Below are positions 9,568 to 16,477 of a stretch of DNA of 56,060 nucleotides, in pieces. The notes beneath the pieces were generated by a model that was not told where the DNA came from, searched no databases, and was given only the letters and a program-made list of their open reading frames with translations. Numbering within the stretch: the stretch's first letter is position 1; every line of letters starts with the position of its first letter. Position numbers and translations under genes: made by a program. The DNA comes from Minisyncoccota bacterium (GTDB lineage: Bacteria > Patescibacteriota > Minisyncoccia > Phycocordibacterales > UBA9973), in NCBI GenBank assembly GCA_041675085.1, contig JBAYUN010000005.1, forward strand, positions 1-56,060, given 5' to 3'.

Positions 9568-11526
9568 ATGATAAAGAAAAATAGGGTTCCTTTTAGTACC
9601 TTCAGTATTGAAAAACAAAAAGAAGAAAATAATAAAATGGATAAAAACAACACAAACACAAACACAAACACAAATACAAACACAAGTACAAACAAAACTG
9701 GGGACAAAAAGAAAATGATAAAAAGCTCTACGTACCAATACTCTAAAAAAAGATTTGGACCGCCAAGTAAAGGAGGTAAAAGACCTTTCGCTTCAAAAAA
9801 TGATAACAACAATATCCCCTCACCCGAGGAGGGCGTAGTACGTATTATCCCTCTTGGAGGAGTAGAAGAAATCGGCAAGAACATGACTGCTATCGAAATC
9901 GGCAACGATATCGTAGTGATAGATGCTGGTATGTATTTCTCAAACGAAGATACTCCAGGAGTAGACTATGTTATCCCAAATACTACTTATCTAGAAGAAA
10001 GAAAAGATAAAATACGTGCTCTAATAATAACTCACGGTCACTTAGATCATATCGGAGGTGTGCCGATAGTATTGTCACGTATTGGCAATCCGCCAGTATA
10101 TTCTCGTAACTTGTCTATTCTATTAATGAGAAAGAGGCAAGCTGAATTCCCTCAACTAGCTCCAATGAAAGAAAATATCGTAGAGAGAGACTCTGTGATA
10201 ACTTGTGGAGACATGAAGATTAAATTCTTTGGTGTTACTCACACTATCCCCGACTCTATGGGAATAATTATCGAAACTCCTCATGGAGATATCGTAACTC
10301 CAGGAGACTACAAGCTTGATCATATGGACGGTGTAGTATCGAAAGAAGAAGAACGCGAGTATGCTATTTTTGATAAATCAAAAACTCTTTTATTGATGAC
10401 GGACTCTACAAATATCGAGAACGAAGGTTTCTCTCTGCCTGAAGTAAAAGTGCACCAAGGGTTAGAAAATCTATTGAAAAAAGTAAATGGCAGAATGATT
10501 ATAGCTGCTTTCGCTTCTCACATTACTCGTCTTGCACATATAGTAAAAACTGCAGAAGCTATGGGTAAAAAAGTAGCGCTCGACGGACGTAGTATGAAGA
10601 CCAACATCGAAGTAGCCATAGAAGCTGAATATTTCCAACCTAAAAAAGGAACTATTATCCCAATAGAAGACGCTGATAAATATCCACCAAACAAAGTAGT
10701 TATACTTATGACTGGAGCTCAAGGTGAAGAATTCGCTTCATTAAACCGCGCTGCAAACAAAACTCACACCAAATTTACATTACATAAAGGTGACACTATT
10801 ATCCTATCTGCTTCTGTGGTACCAGGTAATGAACGTGCGGTAGAACGCATGAAAGACGGTATCGCTCGCCAAGGAGTGAAAGTTATCAGTTACCGTACTG
10901 CTGGAGAAGATTTCGTGCACGCTACAGGTCACGGCAACAAAGAAGACGTACGTTGGTTGCACAGAAAAATCAAAGCTAAATTCTTTATTCCAATACACGG
11001 AAATCATTACAGACTACAAGCTCACAAAGATCTTGCTGTCGAATTAGGCATGCCAGAAGAAAACGTTATCGTTCCTGACAACGGATCAATAATAGAAATC
11101 TCTGCTGATGGACAAAAAATCATCAAAAGAAAAGAACGTGCTCCGAGCGGACTTATGCTTGTGGACGGATTAGCTGTATCAGACGTACAAGACGTAGTTA
11201 TTCGTGACCGTCAAATGCTAGCACAAGATGGTATGTTTGTTATTATGGCACTGGTAGATCAAAAGACAGGTAAATTAAAGAAATCTCCAGATCTTATATC
11301 TCGTGGTTTCGTCTATCTAAAAGAAAACCAAGAATTATTGAGACAAGTACGTATCCTAATCAAAAAAGGAGTAGAAGAATCTATCGAACGCATGGTAGCT
11401 ATGGATAATGTAAACGGTGTAGACTTTGATGCTATCAAGGCACATATCGGAGAAAACATTTCTAAATTCTTATTCCAAAAAACAGGTAAACGCCCTCTTG
11501 TTATACCAGTCATCTTGAGCGTATAA
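9568..11526 (+). CDS. rnj: ribonuclease J with an N-terminal low-complexity basic extension
   Basis: RIIPLGGVEEIGKNM and HGHLDHIGG metallo-beta-lactamase motifs, with beta-CASP-like remainder. The true start may be 9637 or 9715. Confidence 0.85.
   Translation: MIKKNRVPFSTFSIEKQKEENNKMDKNNTNTNTNTNTNTSTNKTGDKKKMIKSSTYQYSKKRFGPPSKGGKRPFASKNDNNNIPSPEEGVVRIIPLGGVEEIGKNMTAIEIGNDIVVIDAGMYFSNEDTPGVDYVIPNTTYLEERKDKIRALIITHGHLDHIGGVPIVLSRIGNPPVYSRNLSILLMRKRQAEFPQLAPMKENIVERDSVITCGDMKIKFFGVTHTIPDSMGIIIETPHGDIVTPGDYKLDHMDGVVSKEEEREYAIFDKSKTLLLMTDSTNIENEGFSLPEVKVHQGLENLLKKVNGRMIIAAFASHITRLAHIVKTAEAMGKKVALDGRSMKTNIEVAIEAEYFQPKKGTIIPIEDADKYPPNKVVILMTGAQGEEFASLNRAANKTHTKFTLHKGDTIILSASVVPGNERAVERMKDGIARQGVKVISYRTAGEDFVHATGHGNKEDVRWLHRKIKAKFFIPIHGNHYRLQAHKDLAVELGMPEENVIVPDNGSIIEISADGQKIIKRKERAPSGLMLVDGLAVSDVQDVVIRDRQMLAQDGMFVIMALVDQKTGKLKKSPDLISRGFVYLKENQELLRQVRILIKKGVEESIERMVAMDNVNGVDFDAIKAHIGENISKFLFQKTGKRPLVIPVILSV
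9647..9697 (+). repeat. imperfect hexanucleotide (AACACA)n tract encoding (TN)n
   Basis: acaacacaaacacaaacacaaacacaaatacaaacacaagtacaaac, inside the RNase J N-terminal extension. Confidence 0.8.
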
Positions 11527-11534
11527 TATAGTAA

Positions 11535-12683
11535 ATGAAAAAATATATAAGAATAATTTATCTAGCTGGTTTTTTGTTTACAATACCGCTAGCACTCACC
11601 TCTTATATTAATTCAAGTCTATTAGAACAATACATACACCAAGACTATGTTGGCTTGTTGTATGTATCTGGCTCTATAGTAGCTATACTAGGCATGCTCA
11701 GAATGCCAAATATCTTGAATCGTTTTGGATTGAGAAAATCTGCTATTATTTTTAGTAGCATATCTTTTCTATCTTTAATTTTTCTATCTTTTAGTAAAAT
11801 CGCAATACTAGTAGTCCCCGCTTTTTTAATTTATTTTATTGTTAACTTTTTTTTGACGGCTATTATCGATATCTTTATTGAAGACTTGTCTTCAAAGCAT
11901 GATATTGGCACCTTTAGAGGATTGTATTTATCACTAGTTAGTATTTCTTGGGTATTGTCCCAAGTTATTTCTGGTAGCATTATAGCTAAAAGCTCATTCT
12001 TAGGTATTTATCTATTCTCTGGTTTATTCATACTTTTAGTTTTAGTATTATTTATCACAAATTTACATAACTTTGTCGATCTGAAATACAAAAAAGTAGC
12101 AGTTAAAAATACTCTAATTAGAGTCTGGAAAAATAAAGACATTTTAAAAATATATTTAATAAATTTAAATCTAAGATTATTTTATTCTTGGATGATTATT
12201 TATATGACTCTATACTTGCACGAAAATATCGGTTTCTCTTTCTCTGAAATAGGTACAATATACGCAATAATGCTCACGCCTTTCGTTTTCTTGTCTTACC
12301 CCTTGGGACATCTGTCTGACAAAATGGGAGAGAAAAAGATGTTGATTTATGGTTTTGTATTTATCACTTTTGCGACTTTGGTTATACCTTTTATAGAGAG
12401 TAAAACGATCTGGTTATTTGCTCTTGTCTTATTTATTTCTCGTATAGGAGCAGCGACAATAGAGGTCATGAGTGAAAGTTATTTTTTCAAAAATATTACT
12501 GAAGAAGACGTAGACGAGATAGCCTTCTTTCGTAATACAGGACCAATGTCTTTCATTATCGGTCCTGCCTTGGCAACTATCTCAATAATATACATACCAG
12601 ACTTCTCATATATTTTCTTTCTCCTAGGAGTGATTCTACTCGTAGGCATGCTGATAGCTTTTAGATTGCGAGATATTAAATAA
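11535..12683 (+). CDS. MFS-type transporter
   Basis: About 12 predicted TM helices over 382 aa, with a central loop. Confidence 0.6.
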   Translation: MKKYIRIIYLAGFLFTIPLALTSYINSSLLEQYIHQDYVGLLYVSGSIVAILGMLRMPNILNRFGLRKSAIIFSSISFLSLIFLSFSKIAILVVPAFLIYFIVNFFLTAIIDIFIEDLSSKHDIGTFRGLYLSLVSISWVLSQVISGSIIAKSSFLGIYLFSGLFILLVLVLFITNLHNFVDLKYKKVAVKNTLIRVWKNKDILKIYLINLNLRLFYSWMIIYMTLYLHENIGFSFSEIGTIYAIMLTPFVFLSYPLGHLSDKMGEKKMLIYGFVFITFATLVIPFIESKTIWLFALVLFISRIGAATIEVMSESYFFKNITEEDVDEIAFFRNTGPMSFIIGPALATISIIYIPDFSYIFFLLGVILLVGMLIAFRLRDIK

Positions 12684-12755
12684 TTGACAAGAATATTCTA
12701 TTAAGATAGATTGAGATAGAAGCACCTTTTATTTCAAATTAAAATTAAATAACAA

Positions 12756-13139
12756 ATGACACTCCATAACATATCTGCTGATTTGGAAAAGAATACAGAG
12801 TATCCAGAGTCAGCCATTATTTTAGAATTACTTCCGATTTACAAAAACTATCACAAAAATACAAATGACGATAATTTAAAATCATTAAAAGAAAAAGTAT
12901 TGGAAGTTTTAAAGGAAGAAAATATTAGTAATCTTAAAACAATCAGAAAGAAGGATGGATATTGTGTGAATTTGAACTTTAGATTGTTTATAACAGCAAT
13001 CATTGGCATACTTATAGAAGAATACCCTTCTAGTGAAAAAATTGAGGTTGATTATCTAAAAACAACAGGAGGATATTGCGACCATAGCAAGACAATAAAT
13101 GATTTTGTTGCACCATCGATTAGTTTTGAATCAAATTAA
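12756..13139 (+). CDS. hypothetical protein
   Basis: 127-aa ORF followed by a strong convergent terminator. No motif recognised. Confidence 0.45.
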   Translation: MTLHNISADLEKNTEYPESAIILELLPIYKNYHKNTNDDNLKSLKEKVLEVLKEENISNLKTIRKKDGYCVNLNFRLFITAIIGILIEEYPSSEKIEVDYLKTTGGYCDHSKTINDFVAPSISFESN

Positions 13140-13154
13140 ATAGTTTTCAATTTT

Positions 13155-13193
13155 AAAAAAGCCCTTAGAAATTCTAAATTTCTAAGGGCTTTA
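13155..13193. terminator. bidirectional hairpin terminator
   Basis: GCCCTTAGAAAT/ATTTCTAAGGGC stem with an A-run before it. Confidence 0.7.
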
Positions 13194-13199
13194 ACATTT

Positions 13200-13619
13200 C
13201 TATTTTTTATTCAACAAACTATTTTTATAAATATTTTCTTTATAAGGTTTTAGTCGGTGGATTTTGGGATTAAGACCTAAGTTTTTTAAATCTTTTTTAA
13301 GGTTTTCTGTATAGTGAACCTGATCATAGCCGAGAGCTATATAGTCCGGAGATTCTTTGACTATATGTTCTAGATAATTTTTCAAACTTCCCAATATTAC
13401 TTTATCGGGAATCCCAGTATCTTCTACTATTTTTTTTCTTTTGTTTTCTTTATTAAAGGGTAATTTATTTTTAATCCTTAAGACGTTTTTATCCCTAGCA
13501 ATAGAGACTATCAGGTATGGATTTTTAGAAAGTCTTCTAGCTTGTTTAAACATATTTAAATGACCTTGATGGACTCCATCAAAAGTACCAAACACTAGTA
13601 TTTTTTCTAACTTGTTCAC
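13200..13619 (-). CDS. FMN adenylyltransferase-like nucleotidyltransferase (RibF N-terminal type)
   Basis: GTFDGVHQGH (G-x-F-D-G-x-H-x-G-H) motif. An in-frame GTG at 13619 avoids overlap with the upstream gene. The track ORF extends to 13724 through a TM-like artefact. Confidence 0.6.
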   Translation of the reverse strand: MNKLEKILVFGTFDGVHQGHLNMFKQARRLSKNPYLIVSIARDKNVLRIKNKLPFNKENKRKKIVEDTGIPDKVILGSLKNYLEHIVKESPDYIALGYDQVHYTENLKKDLKNLGLNPKIHRLKPYKENIYKNSLLNKK

Positions 13620-13629
13620 TATTTTAATA

Positions 13630-13833
13630 TTACAGACCCAAAGTACTGATATCAGAATAATTTGAAAGGAAAGATGGTATAGCAAATAATAAACCGATAA
13701 GAGGCAATACCACAGCAATAACACTTACCCAAATAATCATCAGAAAATATTTACGGGTCTTTTCTACGGATTTATATATAGCGTCTATTTTTATACTTTG
13801 TTCTTCTAATTTATTTTTTAGTTCTTGATCCAT
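13630..13833 (-). CDS. small membrane protein
   Basis: 67 aa with one C-terminal TM helix, tightly packed in the operon. Confidence 0.4.
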   Translation of the reverse strand: MDQELKNKLEEQSIKIDAIYKSVEKTRKYFLMIIWVSVIAVVLPLIGLLFAIPSFLSNYSDISTLGL

Positions 13834-13838
13834 AAGTT

Positions 13839-14396
13839 TTAATCCTTTTTACCATAAAAATGAGCTACTGCTACGATAACAACTAGGGCAAAAAAGTTAG
13901 TCAAAGCGAACATTGGGATAGAAATATATCCATTAAACACTGAGACGAGTTGTTGGTAACAAGATACTCCAGAAGCATCACAAGGCAAATTTGAAGTCTC
14001 GGCAAAATAGTACATCAGATTGTGATACACAGTTAATAGAAATCCTAAAAACAAGAGAGGTAAAATATATTTGATAACTTTTCTATCTTTGTTCCACAAA
14101 GCTACACCAAAAAGTATTACTTGAGGATACAAGAAAATTCTCGCCCACCAACATAGGTAACATGGAGCAAAATTAATGATTTCAGAATAGACTAAAGAGA
14201 ATATTGTACCGATAAGAGAGAAAATAAATCCTAAAATCAAAAAATGTTTATCGATAAAATCTAATAAAATATTTTTTCTGAATAAAGTTCTACTTCCAAA
14301 AAAAAGAGTAAATAAAGCAACAACAGAAACTATCTGCAACATGATAGATCCAGTTCCTAAAAATATATTTAAGTTATTTATAGCTTCAAAGTTCAT
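13839..14396 (-). CDS. disulfide bond formation protein B (DsbB/BdbC family)
   Basis: Four TM helices, CYLC pair (APCYLCWWARIF) and a second Cys pair CDASGVSC. Confidence 0.7.
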   Translation of the reverse strand: MNFEAINNLNIFLGTGSIMLQIVSVVALFTLFFGSRTLFRKNILLDFIDKHFLILGFIFSLIGTIFSLVYSEIINFAPCYLCWWARIFLYPQVILFGVALWNKDRKVIKYILPLLFLGFLLTVYHNLMYYFAETSNLPCDASGVSCYQQLVSVFNGYISIPMFALTNFFALVVIVAVAHFYGKKD

Positions 14397-14402
14397 ATAC
14401 TA

Positions 14403-14864
14403 TTATTCAGTTACTTCTAGATTATTTGTTACCTCTTCAGTCACAACAGGCTCAACTGTAATTGTATTTTCAGCACCATCTGTCGGTAATACACAAGTAG
14501 TTTTTTCAGCTAATTTTTCTAAGGTTTGTTCTCCTTTTTCAATAGAGCCGTCAGCGAAAGTCCAAGTAGGATAACTTGAGATATTATTATCAATACAGAT
14601 TTGAGTTTGAGCGTTACCGTCTGGAGTAGAACACTCTACATAAGGCAATAAACTCTTAGAAGAGCCGAAAGTTTTCTTTTGATCTGCACAGTGAGGACAC
14701 CAAAAAGCTCCATAGAAAGTCGCACCTTTTTCAGTTAAACATTGAGCGAATTCATCGTATTTACCTGGTTCATCTGATTTTTCTTCAGCAAAAACAGCCA
14801 CAAATACCAATATGATTACTAATAAACCTATAACTCCTATAAAAATTTTTTGTCTTTTTTCCAT
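14403..14864 (-). CDS. membrane-anchored thioredoxin-fold thiol-disulfide oxidoreductase
   Basis: FYGAFWCPHCADQKKTFG, the CxxC block typical of the Trx-like domain found with bacterial VKOR/DsbB systems. N-terminal TM anchor. Confidence 0.7.
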   Translation of the reverse strand: MEKRQKIFIGVIGLLVIILVFVAVFAEEKSDEPGKYDEFAQCLTEKGATFYGAFWCPHCADQKKTFGSSKSLLPYVECSTPDGNAQTQICIDNNISSYPTWTFADGSIEKGEQTLEKLAEKTTCVLPTDGAENTITVEPVVTEEVTNNLEVTE

Positions 14865-14884
14865 GTGAATATTATATCATAAGA

Positions 14885-15271
14885 TTAACTTAATAAAATA
14901 GCGTAAATTTTAGGCAAGAAAATGATAGATCCGACAACTATTGCCAATACAACTGCCAATAATACAGCCCCTGCGGCTATGTCTTTGGTATCTCTTGCAT
15001 AAGGATGATATTCGGGACTTGTTAAGTCTATATCTACTTCTATGGCTGTATTTATAGTTTCTGTTATCAAGACTATAAAAATAGCAAAGACTAAAGCTAT
15101 CCATTCGAAATGAGAAATATTTAAAATACAACCCAAATAAAGAGCTAGGATACCAAAAAATATTTGAAGCCAAGCATTGTGAGTGGTTTTTAAAACAATA
15201 CCCAAACCTCTAAAAGCGTGGGTCGCACTTTTGATTCGAGCAACGATACTAAATCTTTTATTTTCTTTCAT
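14885..15271 (-). CDS. dgkA: diacylglycerol / undecaprenol kinase (DgkA family)
   Basis: Three TM helices over 128 aa; AFRGL, ETINTAIE and DIAAGAVL blocks. Confidence 0.85.
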   Translation of the reverse strand: MKENKRFSIVARIKSATHAFRGLGIVLKTTHNAWLQIFFGILALYLGCILNISHFEWIALVFAIFIVLITETINTAIEVDIDLTSPEYHPYARDTKDIAAGAVLLAVVLAIVVGSIIFLPKIYAILLS

Positions 15272-15392
15272 CCCGTTAAATATTTTTAATTAATTTATAA
15301 TTATATTGCAAATTCTTTTACTCTGATTACGTAAATTTATATATGCCCGCTATTTAAAATATTTAACGGGATTCATAAATAAATTATAACAT
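15272..15392 (-). promoter_or_regulatory. conserved uORF leader module, copy 1 (upstream of dgkA)
   Basis: Extended -10 TGTTATAAT (15391-15383), uORF 15376-15350, a 78-nt spacer, then TTAACGGG abutting the dgkA ATG. Same module as at 27961-28099 and 37245-37365. Confidence 0.55.
15350..15376 (-). CDS. 8-codon upstream ORF MNPVKYFK
   Basis: ATG AAT CCC GTT AAA TAT TTT AAA TAG. The ATG lies 6 nt after TATAAT. An identical copy is at 27997-28023 and a frame-preserving variant at 37261-37287. Confidence 0.4.
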   Translation of the reverse strand: MNPVKYFK

Positions 15393-15393
15393 A

Positions 15394-15424
15394 AAAGCCC
15401 CGACGCGTAGCGTCGGGGCTTTTA
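15394..15424. terminator. GC-rich hairpin terminator
   Basis: AAAAGCCCCGACGCGTAGCGTCGGGGCTTTT. Confidence 0.8.
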
Positions 15425-15436
15425 ATGAATTCCAAA

Positions 15437-15787
15437 TTATTTATGATAAAACTTCTCGTGAACGATTTTGCCACCTTCCCAGGTTTGCACTGCAACTTGA
15501 GACATTTTCATAACACCCCAATCTTTATGAGTAGCGTCCATAGAAGATTCTATAGTTGAATAATTATCTCCGATAGCAATACCTAGAGTCTTCATTTCAC
15601 GCACTTCCACAATACCATTCACAAAACTCTCTTCATAAGCTCTGTTTGCATCTTTACCTACACGTGGAGCATCACCTACTTCTTCCATAACTACATTATC
15701 AGCATAATACATCTCGAAAGCTTCTAAGATTTTTCCTTCTTCAATCATTTTTGCTAAACTCTCTACATTGTTTTTTACATCTTCCAT
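15437..15787 (-). CDS. SnoaL/NTF2-like fold protein
   Basis: 116 aa with an alpha+beta cone-like pattern (AFEMYYADNVVMEE ... VQTWEGGKIVHEKFYH). Confidence 0.45.
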   Translation of the reverse strand: MEDVKNNVESLAKMIEEGKILEAFEMYYADNVVMEEVGDAPRVGKDANRAYEESFVNGIVEVREMKTLGIAIGDNYSTIESSMDATHKDWGVMKMSQVAVQTWEGGKIVHEKFYHK

Positions 15788-15839
15788 ATTTTTATATTAT
15801 AAATTATTAATAATAATCATGACCTGATATAATACTAAC

Positions 15840-16469
15840 ATGAACAAAGAAGAAATACTAAAAGCCTTAAATTGGCGTTATGCGGTCAAGATATTTGATA
15901 AAGATAAAAAAATAAGTGAAGAAGATTTAAATACTATCTTAGAATCTGGAATACTATCCCCTAGTTCTCTGGGACTAGAACCTTGGAAATTCATCGTAGT
16001 CAAAGATCCTACGACTCGTGCCAAATTATTCGAAGTCAGCAATCAACCTAAAGTCACCGACGCTTCACATCTAATAGTCTTAACTTATAAAACAGATATC
16101 AAAGAGATTATAGAAGACAGACTAGAACGCACAGCAAAAATTCAGAATCAAAAGATAGAAGAACTTGCAACTTATAAAGATTTCTTAGAAGGCGCTACTA
16201 AAAATAAAAAAGACACAGAATTAGATTCCTGGCTTAAAGCCCAATCTTATATAGCTTTGGGCACAATGATTTATACAGCTTCACTACTAGATATAGACAA
16301 CTGCCCCATGGAAGGTTTCGAAAAAGACAAAGTAGACGAAATATTAAATCTCAAATCTCAAAATCTCAAATCTGTCACCATGCTCGCACTAGGTTATAGA
16401 GGTATTGACCCCACTTCAAGCAAAGCAAAAATAAGAAAAGATTTCATTTCTGCTGTAGAATTTATTTAA
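15840..16469 (+). CDS. NAD(P)H nitroreductase family oxidoreductase
   Basis: RYAVKIFD, LEPWKFIVV and PMEGF blocks. Confidence 0.8.
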   Translation: MNKEEILKALNWRYAVKIFDKDKKISEEDLNTILESGILSPSSLGLEPWKFIVVKDPTTRAKLFEVSNQPKVTDASHLIVLTYKTDIKEIIEDRLERTAKIQNQKIEELATYKDFLEGATKNKKDTELDSWLKAQSYIALGTMIYTASLLDIDNCPMEGFEKDKVDEILNLKSQNLKSVTMLALGYRGIDPTSSKAKIRKDFISAVEFI

Positions 16470-16477
16470 TTGCAAAA

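Noticed and set aside
9647-9697. Repeat tract as a CRISPR array or minisatellite locus.
   Set aside because: The unit is 6 nt with no spacers and lies inside a coding region. It is a coding microsatellite, not a CRISPR array.
9468-9905. 145-aa and 63-aa minus-strand ORFs with VFVFVF repeats.
   Set aside because: They are the mirror image of the (TN)n repeat and the 5' end of the RNase J gene and overlap real plus-strand coding sequence. They are spurious.
13620-13724. N-terminal 35-residue extension of the nucleotidyltransferase ORF.
   Set aside because: It overlaps the 3' end of the upstream small-protein gene and translates to an implausible hydrophobic peptide. An in-frame GTG at 13619 gives a normal N-terminus just before the GxFDGxHxGH motif.
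14910-15173. 87-aa alternative-frame ORF inside dgkA.
   Set aside because: It is on the same strand but out of frame with a clear DgkA translation, and its product is low-complexity. It is spurious.
15272-15392. uORF module as a MITE with 10-bp terminal inverted repeats (ATCCCGTTAA).
   Set aside because: Not fully excluded. All three copies sit in the same orientation with the right-hand repeat fused to a start codon, and the left-hand repeat is in frame in a conserved 8-codon ORF placed like other leaderless starts. This argues for a functional leader over random insertions.
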